A stretch of DNA of 64,000 nucleotides, taken from the IMG/VR virus record IMGVR_UViG_3300037067_026753; one strand, given 5' to 3'. Origin of the DNA: a virus. The position numbers and the translations under genes are program-made. The notes beneath the pieces are model-generated. The model was not told the origin of the DNA. It worked only from the letters and a program-made list of their open reading frames with translations, and did no database searches. This document shows positions 28,041 to 38,425 of this stretch, piece by piece; within the stretch, counting starts at the first letter, position 1, and every line of letters starts with the position of its first letter.

Positions 28041-28213
28041 TTACCAATTACCTTCATTCATTAAAGCAACAAGACGCTTTACTTTTGTAACCGGCAACCC
28101 AACTTGTTTTGCCCATTTTGCAGCTGGCACTTTGAAAACAATATTGCTTTCATTTGCTTTTTTAGTTGCCATGAACAACTTGAAAAGCTTGTATTCTTTT
28201 TCTTTTGCAGTCA
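28041..28213 (-). CDS. small basic protein (start MTAKEKEY); second gene of a cassette
   Basis: SD AAGGACTGG. Overlaps the stop of the upstream gene. Confidence 0.4.
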
Positions 28214-28215
28214 TA

Positions 28216-28599
28216 TTACCAGTCCTTATCCGGCATTTCATCTTCCTGCCAACTGTATCCGGTTGCTTCTTTACGTGCGAGCATAGCAGAGAGCCGGTCT
28301 AGCATATCAGGCTGACGGTGCCTTTTATGTTTCCTTGGCGCTCGTTGCGCCTTGCTCGTCAGGCCCGTAGTAATGCTTGAAGCGAGCATTGCATCAAAGG
28401 ATGCAATATGATATTGATTGGCACATGCAGCGGCAATTTCATCAATTGCGAAACATTCGAAGTCGGACATACAGGTGATTTGAGCAGCCTTGTCCCATAT
28501 CAACTCCCTTGACACGTCCTTGTAACCTGTCAAAAGGATACGCATTATGCCAATTGCTTTAGAAAGCAGAATTGCTTTTTTGTTTGTGTTTGCGTCCAT
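28216..28599 (-). CDS. cassette gene, hypothetical (127 aa)
   Basis: Element TTGGCA-N17-CACGATATAGCTCCTAACAAGGAGAGAACTC then ATG. Confidence 0.5.
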   Translation of the reverse strand: MDANTNKKAILLSKAIGIMRILLTGYKDVSRELIWDKAAQITCMSDFECFAIDEIAAACANQYHIASFDAMLASSITTGLTSKAQRAPRKHKRHRQPDMLDRLSAMLARKEATGYSWQEDEMPDKDW

Positions 28600-28710
28600 G
28601 AGTTCTCTCCTTGTTAGGAGCTATATCGTGAGTTACAATTTTGTTGCCAAACAAAAAGGGCGCCCAGCCTAACTGGTACGCCCCCAAGGAGAGAACGAGA
28701 GGAATCTTGT

Positions 28711-29796
28711 TTACGGCTCCGGAAAGAAACCGGCACCGGCCAGAATGGAGCTTGCCTTGCGCACAATGCTCTTCTTGTTTTTCGGGTTTGTACTTGCTAA
28801 ACCCGCAAGTTCTGCAGGTACACTTTCGCCCGGAAGATTCTGGATAAGGGCCAGTGTAATCTCGATGATTTCGTTCCCGGTGAGTCCGTCCAGTGAAATT
28901 TTACCACCGGATTGCGTCGTCTTGAGTTCGGCTATCTTGTCAGCGTGAATTCTGGCCATCTCAGCCCGCACAACTTTCTTGTTGGCCTTCTTGGTTCCGG
29001 TTTCTTTCTTTTCACTGTTCCGGCGCATGGATTTCTCGGTGGCGTGGTCCAGCAATGGAATTGCGTTCGGGTCAATTTCCTTGCCAGCGTTGAGTGACAC
29101 AACCTCGTAGCGGCATACCCGCATTTTCTGGTTGTTGTAGTCTTCAGGCACCGCAACCACGTCTCGGGGATTTACCTTGACCTCGATCTTGACGTTATGG
29201 TTATACTGACTCCAGACGTAGTCGAAAGCAGCAACATGCAAGCCGTTGCTGCAAGTTTCTCTGCGGCTCGGGTTGACTCTGGCACGGTCCATGGTAACCA
29301 CTGCACCGATATTATTGCAGAAGTTACCAGTATAAGCGTCTACCAGATCGCCTTTATCGTTGCGGTTCACGCCCTTGTACGCAAGGAAGCAACCGTCGTG
29401 TGTGATGACCATCCTGTTGGCTTCCAGGAAAAGAAACAAGTGCGCCTTGCTCTCTTCGCTGGGATTTGATTGAATGTTGCGCCAGAAGTTGAGCAGCGGT
29501 AAATACGGCAGCTCTTTTCTTGCGAACTCGACGATACGATCGATGATCACATCATGTACTTCGGTACCGTCAATCATGACGGTACCAGCATCGCGGTCAA
29601 CGCTGAATTCGCCCTGGCCGTAGTTTTCGATTTTCTTGGCGACATCCAGCTGAGCAAGTATTTCATCGTCACTTGCGCCGGATGTGAGAAGCGGCAAGAT
29701 TTTGTCATGCTTCTCGGAACCGATTTCCAGGGTGATGGGCCGCATCGACCCGATCGATACCACCAGGTATCTACCTGTGGACAACCATTGTGCCAT
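28711..29796 (-). CDS. hypothetical protein (361 aa)
   Basis: Element at 29797-29840. No motif. Confidence 0.5.
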   Translation of the reverse strand: MAQWLSTGRYLVVSIGSMRPITLEIGSEKHDKILPLLTSGASDDEILAQLDVAKKIENYGQGEFSVDRDAGTVMIDGTEVHDVIIDRIVEFARKELPYLPLLNFWRNIQSNPSEESKAHLFLFLEANRMVITHDGCFLAYKGVNRNDKGDLVDAYTGNFCNNIGAVVTMDRARVNPSRRETCSNGLHVAAFDYVWSQYNHNVKIEVKVNPRDVVAVPEDYNNQKMRVCRYEVVSLNAGKEIDPNAIPLLDHATEKSMRRNSEKKETGTKKANKKVVRAEMARIHADKIAELKTTQSGGKISLDGLTGNEIIEITLALIQNLPGESVPAELAGLASTNPKNKKSIVRKASSILAGAGFFPEP

Positions 29797-29868
29797 ATAA
29801 ACTCTCCTTGTTAATGTTCCTTAGCTATATCGCTTCTTTTTTCTCGAGTGCCAACATTTGCCTGAACT

Positions 29869-30129
29869 TCACTTTGCACTGGAAGATCCTATCATCCTTT
29901 GCATCTGCAATACGGTGATCATCTTGTATTTACCGTTTATAAAACCTCGATATTTTTGATATGCTTCATTCCAGTGCATTGGACCTTTAGATGTGGCATA
30001 AGCTCTCTTCATATTTTTAGGTGGACCTTTATCGGGCATTTGTTCCTCCAGTGTAAAAAAAAGGCCCTCCTTGCGACTCGCTGGTTGAGGGCTACCCCTG
30101 GATGTCCAATGGGCTTCGTAGGTATCCAT
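29869..30129 (-). CDS. small ORF; alternative start at 30039 (MPDKGPP) just after a terminator-like hairpin
   Basis: SD GGAGGAACAA precedes the ATG at 30039. The longer frame reads through the hairpin. Confidence 0.3.
   Translation of the reverse strand: MDTYEAHWTSRGSPQPASRKEGLFFTLEEQMPDKGPPKNMKRAYATSKGPMHWNEAYQKYRGFINGKYKMITVLQMQRMIGSSSAK
30053..30093 (-). terminator. intrinsic terminator
   Basis: Minus strand AGCCCTCAACCAGCGAGTCGCAAGGAGGGCC followed by TTTTTTTT. Confidence 0.5.
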
Positions 30130-30241
30130 TAGATGAGTCTACCGGAGCTCATACTTTGCGTGTTTTTACCTTGCGGTAATCATTCCGGTCTAGTATGCTC
30201 CGGTATAGCTTTATATCACACGCTCACGTGCAAATTGCCAT

Positions 30242-30541
30242 TTATTCTTCAGGGTCCATGAGTCTTGAATAGACCATACATTCGAATTCAACCCTTGCAT
30301 CGACTTCTTTGAGGATTTCCTGTACTGTGCTCTGATCTGTGTAGCCAAAGATTCTGACTTTTTTTCGCCATACTCCGTTGGCATCTTCTTCAAAGGTGAC
30401 CATAACCTTATGACCCAGAACATCCACTACGTAATTATGATTGGCAGTCAGTCCTGCAAATGACAGTTCTGAAAGCGTCGAATTTGCTTCAAAAGGATAC
30501 TGCCTTGCATAGGACGTAACAGTTGCTATTGATTTATCCAT
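30242..30541 (-). CDS. cassette gene, hypothetical (99 aa)
   Basis: Element CGCGATATAGTTAGTACAGGAGGGATAAC then ATG. Confidence 0.5.
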   Translation of the reverse strand: MDKSIATVTSYARQYPFEANSTLSELSFAGLTANHNYVVDVLGHKVMVTFEEDANGVWRKKVRIFGYTDQSTVQEILKEVDARVEFECMVYSRLMDPEE

Positions 30542-30682
30542 GTTATCCCTCCTGTACTAACTATATCGCGCTTTAAAAGCACTACTGCCCGCAGCCCGTT
30601 TAGCATAAATACAAGTGGGGTAATGGTTTCCTATTACCCCTACTTTCAATATGTGCTCGTGCCTATTCGCGCTGATTGATAA

Positions 30683-32860
30683 TTATACCAGTTTACCTGC
30701 CTGTATTAAGGCATTTTCACGTTCCGTTATGTATTCTTGTATTGTGCTTGAGTTGCAATCAAGCTCATACCGGCTCAAGTAATTGAGCATAGGGAACGAC
30801 TTGTACATGGCATCAATCTGTGTTTTCAAGTTGCTCAACTGGCTTGTTGCCGCATATTTTTTCACCAGCTCATCAGGCACCGTTATTTCAAGCTTTATTG
30901 ACAAACTCTTTATAAGAGTCATCAAGTCACAAAAGGTTTTGCTTGCATATTTGTATCTCTGCAACCAGGTTTTGTCGCCCACAATTGTCATTATACTGCT
31001 TGCATCGATCAATTGTGTAATTATCGCTGGTGTAAGTAACTTGCGTTTCTCATCAAGACTCTCAACCAGACCAACCAGCCTTGAACCCCGGTTTTTATTT
31101 GCATATATTACATTGAATGCAGGTACCAGTTTCGCTTTCATTGCAATACGGAGCATCCGATACTCATCATCCTGGTATGAAATGTTCGGTATCTGGAGTA
31201 TATCATCCACAAGCACCAGAGCATAGTTAGCCGACGTAAAAGGCGAACCGCTCTCGCTTGTTATTTGATTTCCATCAACCTTGATATATTGATAAGTGCC
31301 CGGTTTGCTGGATGCACCCCGTCTTGCATAGTGGATATCCTGGTCAAAATATTGTATCCAGACTTTGAGCGTATCAGGTTGACGGACACTGGGTATTTTC
31401 ACCGTACCAGCATTAGTTTTGGTCACTTTCATCTTTTCAACTTGGCTATATAAGGAATATGTTATGCCCAGTTTTGCAAGCGTTTTAATATCCTTGAGAT
31501 ACCGGCGGTAACCCTTGTTGATTGTCCTGCGGTCTTCTTTATTGAGTTCCCAATACCGCAAGTACTTGGGTTCCGTAGGCCGTATGGCTATATAATCGTT
31601 CCCGCCAGCAAAGATCGTGGCATCCTTTAAAGGTATATAGGACGGTGTTGCATCGAACAAGAAGACTCTGTCTTTGATAAGTGAAGTACTGATTTCAGTT
31701 GTCTTTGTTCTGGTCACTTTCCCGTGGTCATTTGACACATCAAAAAACTGGAGCGTCTGGAAATGACTGTCAAGCCGCAGATTCAATGACCGGTTGTCAA
31801 AGTTCTTCACCTCTTTCCAGTACGGGTCACTACCTGATAAATGTGCATCAAGGTACTTGTAAAGCGTCCCTTGTTTTGTGCTCTGATAAAACAAAGCAGC
31901 CTGCAACCAGGTAGTGCATTTCTTGAACTCAGTTTGATAGACAGACTTGACTTCATTTATAAAAGCCACAAAAGCAAGATTGATTGCGCTCTTTGTTTTC
32001 TCGTCGTACTGGACATGTTCCCGGTTAGCACTTATTGTAAGCACACCAACCGGAAACTTGAATATGACTTGGTGGTCATAAATGGTGTGTCCTGCCCAGT
32101 TGATTTGTGAACTTGAAATCGGGTAGAAGATACCGTCAAGCAACAACCCATATCCCTGACCCAGGAAATCCTGCTTGACTATCATGAATTGGTCGTTGTC
32201 AAGCACCGTTTCGATTTTGAGGCGTTCAAGTTTGAGCCCGAAGTTTTTGTATACCGGGCGCATCGGCCAGAAGATAGTTGCTTTGTAGCATTCCTGCTCA
32301 AAGTTAGTACGGTCGCCTGATTTGATCGGGACCAGTATCGTTGTACCGTTAGCTTCTTGCGTTTCAGCCGTATCAATGCAGTATATTTTGCCCTTGCGGC
32401 CCTGTTCGATTGCAGCCACATAAGTATACTTGATACCAGCAACGATTGTTTCGATCGTAAAATTGTCTGTGTAACTGAAAGGCGTTTTGGCGCCCAAGCC
32501 AAAGCCACCAGTGAAAGTGTCGCTCTCTCTCTTGGTTGAACTCCCGTAGTTGACAAACACATCAGCCATGCGTTCAGGAGATATACCAGTACCGAAATCC
32601 TTAAAGTATATCACCATGTCGCTCATGCTCAAGTGGCTGTTGGCAATACCAATTTCGATCGGTACGTTGTTTTCAGCTTCACGGTTGGCGTCTCTGGAAT
32701 TGCTGCTCACTTCCCTGCAAATTGCACCAATTGGGTTACTGTACAACTTGCTGCGCAGTATTTCGAGTATCAAGCCCATATCAGCTTCTTTGATACCGAA
32801 ACTGAGCTCTTGGAATGCAGCGCTCGTTGTTACGGTTGTCGGTTTGCCTGCTAACTTCAT
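30683..32860 (-). CDS. GHKL-superfamily ATPase (HATPase_c N-terminal domain) with a large uncharacterised C-terminal region
   Basis: N-box EVSSNSRDANRE, G1 box DFGTGIS and G2 box TGGFGLGAKT in the first ~200 aa. No Toprim or MutL C-terminal motifs seen. Confidence 0.6.
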   Translation of the reverse strand: MKLAGKPTTVTTSAAFQELSFGIKEADMGLILEILRSKLYSNPIGAICREVSSNSRDANREAENNVPIEIGIANSHLSMSDMVIYFKDFGTGISPERMADVFVNYGSSTKRESDTFTGGFGLGAKTPFSYTDNFTIETIVAGIKYTYVAAIEQGRKGKIYCIDTAETQEANGTTILVPIKSGDRTNFEQECYKATIFWPMRPVYKNFGLKLERLKIETVLDNDQFMIVKQDFLGQGYGLLLDGIFYPISSSQINWAGHTIYDHQVIFKFPVGVLTISANREHVQYDEKTKSAINLAFVAFINEVKSVYQTEFKKCTTWLQAALFYQSTKQGTLYKYLDAHLSGSDPYWKEVKNFDNRSLNLRLDSHFQTLQFFDVSNDHGKVTRTKTTEISTSLIKDRVFLFDATPSYIPLKDATIFAGGNDYIAIRPTEPKYLRYWELNKEDRRTINKGYRRYLKDIKTLAKLGITYSLYSQVEKMKVTKTNAGTVKIPSVRQPDTLKVWIQYFDQDIHYARRGASSKPGTYQYIKVDGNQITSESGSPFTSANYALVLVDDILQIPNISYQDDEYRMLRIAMKAKLVPAFNVIYANKNRGSRLVGLVESLDEKRKLLTPAIITQLIDASSIMTIVGDKTWLQRYKYASKTFCDLMTLIKSLSIKLEITVPDELVKKYAATSQLSNLKTQIDAMYKSFPMLNYLSRYELDCNSSTIQEYITERENALIQAGKLV

Positions 32861-32927
32861 TGCTCTCTCCTTGTTAGTGTTTTTCCTTACACTAACTATA
32901 TCGTGAGTTCTCGCTGTTTAGCCAATG

Positions 32928-33134
32928 TTAGGGTCGTGGGATTTGCTGGGTTTCCATCATTGTATCAACTGCACTTGACACCCTTACTTCTAATTCAAGT
33001 GCGTCCAAGTCAACCACGTTGTCTCCCTCGTCAAAACTCAACGGGCCTTTCGGTATTTTACCGGCTGCCTGTGCTTCTTCTACTAAGCACATAAAAATTT
33101 GCTTGTTTGCAAAATCCTCAGCACGTACAATCAT
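32928..33134 (-). CDS. cassette gene, hypothetical (68 aa)
   Basis: Element CGCGATATAGCACGTAACAGGAGGATTATTTT then ATG. Confidence 0.45.
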   Translation of the reverse strand: MIVRAEDFANKQIFMCLVEEAQAAGKIPKGPLSFDEGDNVVDLDALELEVRVSSAVDTMMETQQIPRP

Positions 33135-33255
33135 AAAATAATCCTCCTGTTACGTGCTATATCGCGTTTCCTTTTCATGTTTGCCAACTATTTATATAAC
33201 AAAAAAGCCGCTTGGCACCCGCCAATACGGCTTCAACAAGGAGAGAAACTTTTAT

Positions 33256-33588
33256 TTACGTAGTTACTGGCTCTTCAAACTTGGGCTTCTCTTTTGCCAT
33301 TTTAAACATGCCAAACAACATGTGCAAAGGGCTGGTAAGCAACCAGAGCACTAACCACACAATCAAGTATATAACCATAGTACCTATAAAGGTAAACATG
33401 GTTTCAAACCCTGGTTCTGTTGGTGCTCCATATTTCAAAACTGCACTTGCAAATACCGGGCAACCAACCAGCACGGCAATTATCCCCACCCATTCCAATA
33501 TGGGTACAACATGACAGAGCAACTTCCAAAAGAAAGTTACTATGTATATAATCGGAATCGTGATCAGGGCCATAACGACTACAGCCAT
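33256..33588 (-). CDS. small integral membrane protein (110 aa)
   Basis: Three hydrophobic helices. Element CACGATATAGAAAGTAACAGGAGGTGATAT then ATG. Confidence 0.5.
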   Translation of the reverse strand: MAVVVMALITIPIIYIVTFFWKLLCHVVPILEWVGIIAVLVGCPVFASAVLKYGAPTEPGFETMFTFIGTMVIYLIVWLVLWLLTSPLHMLFGMFKMAKEKPKFEEPVTT

Positions 33589-33687
33589 ATATCACCTCCT
33601 GTTACTTTCTATATCGTGTATTGTTTAAAAACAGCCAAGGGCGCCCAACCAATATGCGCCCCAGCTATAAAAGGTTTGCTACTTGCT

Positions 33688-34566
33688 TTAGTTCGCCAGT
33701 GCAACCGCCGTTTTCCAGGCTTCCTCTTTCAGGTAACTGGCGCCCAGCACGCTGTTTGCCAGCCGTGTTTCTGCATCCGCACTCCGGTAATGATCAATCC
33801 ACTCGATATAACCGTTGTACAAGTCGTACAACGTCCCCTGCCCGGTGCCCTTACCGGCTTCGTAAAGTTCGGTCACCTTGTTTATCAGGTTTTTCTGGCG
33901 GGTCCCGCCCTCTGCACCGCTGAAGCATTCCTTGATGAATTTGTCAACCATGGCCGCATCGCACACCACCTGTGCAAGCACCTTGCACTGTGCTTCGAAC
34001 TTGTCGAAGTAAGCGGTGCCCTGGGCAAGTATCCGCATGGCTTCACCGGCTTTGACTTCGCCGTTTTTGGTATGATGCACTTTGCATTTATTTTCGTTCG
34101 CCCAGCCCATCAGGCCGTTCTTGCATACCTGACGCCAGACGCGGTAGATCGCCGTGAAGGGATAGGAACCGTCGAAGGTGTTGATCAGCTGAATTTTACG
34201 GAATGTTTCGTCGCCCTTGCGTATTTCAACCGGGCTCCCCACCGTGGCTTCCAGGATGAGTTTGCGCCCGCCGTCGATCACGTATGCACTGGTGTACTTG
34301 GCGTTGTTCTGCTGACATGCGGTATCGAACCAGGCATATGCAAAGGAGTTCTGCAAGGGAGTATACCGATCTCCCACTAGCCCGATGATTGCGTGATTGT
34401 CGCTCCGCACCACGGCTTTGTTGTCCGGGATTTTGATACCTGCAGGTATGTCGCCGGCACCGAGAGTCTGTATGGGCACCAGTTCGGCGCGCCATTTTGA
34501 TTCGCTCTTATCGAGCGCTTCTTCTGCGGTTGTAACTCCGCCAAGGTCATAAAACGTTGCTTTCAT
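33688..34566 (-). CDS. hypothetical protein (292 aa), tentatively DUF932-like mobile-element protein
   Basis: Own element at 34567-34620. The family resemblance is from memory only and unverified. Confidence 0.4.
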   Translation of the reverse strand: MKATFYDLGGVTTAEEALDKSESKWRAELVPIQTLGAGDIPAGIKIPDNKAVVRSDNHAIIGLVGDRYTPLQNSFAYAWFDTACQQNNAKYTSAYVIDGGRKLILEATVGSPVEIRKGDETFRKIQLINTFDGSYPFTAIYRVWRQVCKNGLMGWANENKCKVHHTKNGEVKAGEAMRILAQGTAYFDKFEAQCKVLAQVVCDAAMVDKFIKECFSGAEGGTRQKNLINKVTELYEAGKGTGQGTLYDLYNGYIEWIDHYRSADAETRLANSVLGASYLKEEAWKTAVALAN

Positions 34567-34622
34567 AACTCTGCTCCTTGGTTAAGGGTTTTGTTGGTTA
34601 CAAAAGCAATATCGTGTGTTTC

Positions 34623-34964
34623 TCACCGTTTTGCCAAAACTGCTGCAACTTTATGGTGCAACGCCAACATACCCCGTATATCCTTAGCTGTCAGTCTGTG
34701 TGCAAACGGGTATTGATAAGCATCACCGAGTGGCAGGTGTATTAGTACTACCGGGGCTAAACTTACAATTATGTAGCGGGCATCTCCGTCAGCCACGCCA
34801 AAACTGATTTCTTCTCCGGCTTCGGGCCATTTACCATGCTCCTTTGCCCAGGCTTTCACCTGCTCAACAAAAGCATGTTCTCGTATTACGTTCTCTTCTC
34901 TGGGCAACTTATGGTCCCATTTGGGAGCCTCGATACCTTTTGGTGGGTCATATACTTTCCCCAT
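34623..34964 (-). CDS. cassette gene, hypothetical
   Basis: Element CGCGATATAGCAAATAACAAGGAGGGATA then ATG. Confidence 0.5.
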   Translation of the reverse strand: MGKVYDPPKGIEAPKWDHKLPREENVIREHAFVEQVKAWAKEHGKWPEAGEEISFGVADGDARYIIVSLAPVVLIHLPLGDAYQYPFAHRLTAKDIRGMLALHHKVAAVLAKR

Positions 34965-35026
34965 TATCCCTCCTTGTTATTTGCTATATCGCGTGCTGCT
35001 CATGGTTCTGCCTATACCCGAACCAC

Positions 35027-35248
35027 TCATAATCGCAAACAAGAGACTCGCACAAAATTCCTGCCTGTCTCGTACGCTCTTACTGGCTTGCCACATTTCG
35101 GGCAAATTTTGGGTGGCTCTAACTGGTCAGGCCATGTTACATAGCGACAAGAGCTACAAATTAGCTGGTGGTCAACATGCCCACCATACGCCTTCTTGTC
35201 ATATTCAAAAAGTTTACCACCACATTTCGGGCAAATCAAGTCGCTCAT
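35027..35248 (-). CDS. zinc-ribbon protein
   Basis: Two CPKCG…C…C motifs. SD GGAGAAGC. Confidence 0.45.
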   Translation of the reverse strand: MSDLICPKCGGKLFEYDKKAYGGHVDHQLICSSCRYVTWPDQLEPPKICPKCGKPVRAYETGRNFVRVSCLRL

Positions 35249-35478
35249 AATGCTTCTCCAGCTGCTTGTTCGGCATTTGACATGTCAGCCAAATGTTTGC
35301 CACGCTCAATAAAAAAACGTACTTGATCCCTGTACTTCTTGGGTATTGTGTCCCAAGTCTCTCGGATCCGCACCACTTCTTCGACTTTGTCAGTCCAGTG
35401 CGTAAATTCGTCAGCCTCATGTATGGGTAATCCCCAACTATTCTTGGGCTGATAATCGTCTTCTTTTTTCCGTTTCAT
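35245..35478 (-). CDS. hypothetical small protein
   Basis: Coupled within the 35.0-35.84 kb cassette. Confidence 0.4.
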   Translation of the reverse strand: MKRKKEDDYQPKNSWGLPIHEADEFTHWTDKVEEVVRIRETWDTIPKKYRDQVRFFIERGKHLADMSNAEQAAGEAL

Positions 35479-35837
35479 TTTTCGTACTCCGGCTTCCACA
35501 TTACAAAGTTCAAGTACTGCTGCTCAGTCCACTCGTACTCAATATCATTGCCGAAAGTCAACTGGTACTGTACAGCTTCAACAAGCGTATCATGCACTGC
35601 TTTTGTATAGGTTATCCCATACCTTGGTATGTTTTCACGCAGCCCGCTCGCCAAACTACAATTTATAAGGTATAGGATTTTATGGTTAGGCATGTCGAGC
35701 AAAGCGACGATCATGTTAGCCACTTTATGTGCCAACTCAATCATTACCTGTGGTATTGCTTCAGGGTGCTCAAGGTCAATCCCACACCCAGCCAAAAAAA
35801 CCTCGCACAACCGGCTACGTTCATTTTGCGTGTTCAT
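35475..35837 (-). CDS. cassette gene, hypothetical
   Basis: Element CACGATATGGTTAGAGTAATAAAGGAGAGAGT then ATG. Confidence 0.5.
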   Translation of the reverse strand: MNTQNERSRLCEVFLAGCGIDLEHPEAIPQVMIELAHKVANMIVALLDMPNHKILYLINCSLASGLRENIPRYGITYTKAVHDTLVEAVQYQLTFGNDIEYEWTEQQYLNFVMWKPEYEK

Positions 35838-35931
35838 ACTCTCTCCTTTATTACTCTAACCATATCGTGCGCTCAAAACAAAAAAGCCAAGGTTACCCCT
35901 GGCTCATTTTATACTTGTTAGTTCTTTATTT

Positions 35932-36846
35932 CTAAAAGTGTCGTTTAAATTCTTTTGCATTGTTTAAACCAACCAAGTAATCTTGAGCAGCTTTAAGCGT
36001 CAAGCTATGCGTACCCTGGAAACTCACATACCGTATTTCAACTTTGTTACCCTTGTGCGTTGCACTGGCGCCAAATAACGGCTGGTGCTCTCCTTGTTGC
36101 TTATTCCAGGGTGTCGCTTCCCATGTTCTCAAGTGTCCGTTTATTGCGTCAGCAACTTCCATAGCACACATCCCGTATACATCCTTAGTCACACGTGCTT
36201 TCGGCTTGTACCCGGTCACTACTGGTGCTGCACTCTTGTCTGCAAGTAAATTGCTTGCTTCACCTACCGGCAACAACTTAACCAGGGTACTCTCATCCAC
36301 GTTCAACCCGTGCTGAGTCTGCAAAAATACTCCCAGTTGGCAAGCAACCTGTGTTTGCATTGTGCCCAGTTCCTCTTCAGCCTGCTGCACAACGAAATCG
36401 TCATTCTCGCCAAAATGGCTCAATATGGTATCAGCCTGCGACAAAAAGTCTTCCAGTTTCCTCTTACCAGCACTCCCACCAGCCACAGCCTCGTACAAAT
36501 CTTTCTTCAAGTCGGCTATCCTGCTGCGCAGCTCCTGGCGGCTATCTCCCAAGCGCTCTTTCATCCGGCTCCGCACCGTTTTAGGCCGCTCAACTTGCTC
36601 CGTTATTATTTGGCCATCAAGCCCACGGTAACGCTCCAGGGTACAGGGCACCTCGCCATTGTACATAAGTGTACGGGTCATCTGCTCAAAAGTGAGCGCC
36701 ACCCTTGCCACCAGCCTGCCATCAGGGTCTTTTATTTCCATGCTTACGTAGTGGTGCTGGGGTACCATTGCTCCATTGAGCCAGCTACCACTGCTGCTGG
36801 TCATGGTCATACACACTGTGCTTGTTTCTTTGCCTTCCAATTTCAT
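35932..36846 (-). CDS. hypothetical protein (304 aa)
   Basis: ATGA coupling to the upstream gene. SD AGGGAGAGAGGGACC. Confidence 0.5.
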   Translation of the reverse strand: MKLEGKETSTVCMTMTSSSGSWLNGAMVPQHHYVSMEIKDPDGRLVARVALTFEQMTRTLMYNGEVPCTLERYRGLDGQIITEQVERPKTVRSRMKERLGDSRQELRSRIADLKKDLYEAVAGGSAGKRKLEDFLSQADTILSHFGENDDFVVQQAEEELGTMQTQVACQLGVFLQTQHGLNVDESTLVKLLPVGEASNLLADKSAAPVVTGYKPKARVTKDVYGMCAMEVADAINGHLRTWEATPWNKQQGEHQPLFGASATHKGNKVEIRYVSFQGTHSLTLKAAQDYLVGLNNAKEFKRHF

Positions 36847-37121
36847 ATTAGGTCCCTCTCTCCCTGTTCGTAAATACGAAAATCAGTTTCCTCTCGTGCA
36901 ATTTCATCAAGCGTAGTTTCGAGCTGCTTAAGCATTTGTTCAGCCGCTCGCTTGTCAGCAGCTATACGCATACACTTGTCGTATCGTTCACTGGGCATAC
37001 ACGGCCTGCACGTATCAAACTGGCATGTTTCAAACGTAAGTATGTCAATTTGAGTAATTTCGGGCAGTGCCTCAGCCGCCTGCTGCGCTCTCATTTCGCG
37101 TTCGTTGCTGTCATCCCACAT
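36843..37121 (-). CDS. cassette gene, hypothetical acidic protein
   Basis: Element CACGATATAGCAACTAACAAGGAGTTGTT then ATG. Confidence 0.5.
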   Translation of the reverse strand: MWDDSNEREMRAQQAAEALPEITQIDILTFETCQFDTCRPCMPSERYDKCMRIAADKRAAEQMLKQLETTLDEIAREETDFRIYEQGERDLI

Positions 37122-37163
37122 AACAACTCCTTGTTAGTTGCTATATCGTGTGAAGCCAGGCTC

Positions 37164-37268
37164 CTTACCAGGTCATGTTCTTAAACACCTGGCGGTGCTT
37201 GCCAAAACCGAAATCCAAATAAACCACGCACTTGGGCTGCATCTTAAAAAACTTACGTACCTGTGCCA
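37164..37268 (-). CDS. 34-aa micro-ORF (MAQVRKFFKMQPK…)
   Basis: SD AACAAGGAGCAAGTT precedes the ATG. Lies between the FtsK-like gene and the next cassette. Confidence 0.3.
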
Positions 37269-37290
37269 TAACTTGCTCCTTGTTTAGGTG

Positions 37291-38379
37291 TTACTTGCCA
37301 CATATTTTCTTTATATCAGGTTCGGGCACCCATATGCCCTGGTATTTTGTCAACTCTCCATTGCACTTAAATAATAACTCTCCAGCTCCTTTAAGGCGCT
37401 CAGCCCCCGGCTCATCAAGTATTATGCGACTATCTTGTCTGCTCTCTACTCTAAAAGCCACCCTTGCTGGCATGTTAGCCTTTATCAAACCTGTCATTAT
37501 TTCGACTACCGGGCGCTGTGTTGCCATTACAATATGCATACCAGCAGCCCTTGCCAACTGTGCCAACCGAGTTATTTTATCACTTATTGTCTTGTCTTCG
37601 CTCTGCATCATCAAGTCAGCCACCTCATCAATTACCAAAACTATATATGGTAACTTTGTTTTGGCTACTTGGTTATATGCATCAAGAGATTTAACGTCGT
37701 GCCTTGCAAGCAACTCATACCGGCTCTCCATTTCGTCTACCAAACTACTAAGCAAACCGCTTGCTTGGTCAAGTTTAGTAGCTATAGGTGCATACAAGTG
37801 CGGTACGCTCCGGTACAAAGCAAACTCAACCCGTTTTGGGTCAACCAATGCGAGTTGCACTTGCTCCGGCTGTAATTTATACAACAAACTCAGTATAGCA
37901 ACGTTCAAGAAAACAGATTTACCCGAGCCAGTAGTACCGGCTACCAATAAATGGGGCATACGGCTCAAATCAATTACCTTGTTTGCGCTCAATACTACTG
38001 GCAACCGCTCATTTGCTATATGATTAAAGGTTGTTATGCCCGTAAAATCAAGTGGAGTGGCATTAACTACAGGAGTGCTAACGTCTGGTGTAGTTGATGC
38101 CACTAAATCTGCAGGAAACATTATCAAATACTTGCTCACTTCAAAATCAATCTCTCCTATATATTTAAGGTCGCGCTCAATTTTATCAAGCTTACTCGCT
38201 ATCATCCCTACGTTCACACGTTTTATGCGCTCTACCTCGTCCTCCACCTCACTATAATGTAACCTGGCCTGCATTTGCCTTATGTCTAACGGGCTCGCGC
38301 CGCACCCTACCATGCTACTCAACGTTTTACACAACGCCCGGTCAACTTTCAAAGTTTCCAATATCTCCTTAAGATTCAT
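37291..38379 (-). CDS. FtsK/SpoIIIE-family DNA translocase ATPase (soluble motor domain only)
   Basis: Walker A LVAGTTGSGKSV. Walker B IVLVIDEVADLMM. FtsK signature ATQRP…ARVAFRV. No N-terminal TM region or gamma domain. Confidence 0.75.
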   Translation of the reverse strand: MNLKEILETLKVDRALCKTLSSMVGCGASPLDIRQMQARLHYSEVEDEVERIKRVNVGMIASKLDKIERDLKYIGEIDFEVSKYLIMFPADLVASTTPDVSTPVVNATPLDFTGITTFNHIANERLPVVLSANKVIDLSRMPHLLVAGTTGSGKSVFLNVAILSLLYKLQPEQVQLALVDPKRVEFALYRSVPHLYAPIATKLDQASGLLSSLVDEMESRYELLARHDVKSLDAYNQVAKTKLPYIVLVIDEVADLMMQSEDKTISDKITRLAQLARAAGMHIVMATQRPVVEIMTGLIKANMPARVAFRVESRQDSRIILDEPGAERLKGAGELLFKCNGELTKYQGIWVPEPDIKKICGK

Positions 38380-38425
38380 AGTCGCTCCACATGGGTTATT
38401 GGTTTACGTAGCGTTATATCGTGCG
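38380..38425 (-). promoter_or_regulatory. cassette promoter for the FtsK-like gene; a second gene-less copy lies at 38490-38515
   Basis: CACGATATAACGCTACG...GGAGCGACT then ATG. A tandem upstream copy reads CACGATATAGTGTATAGG. Confidence 0.5.
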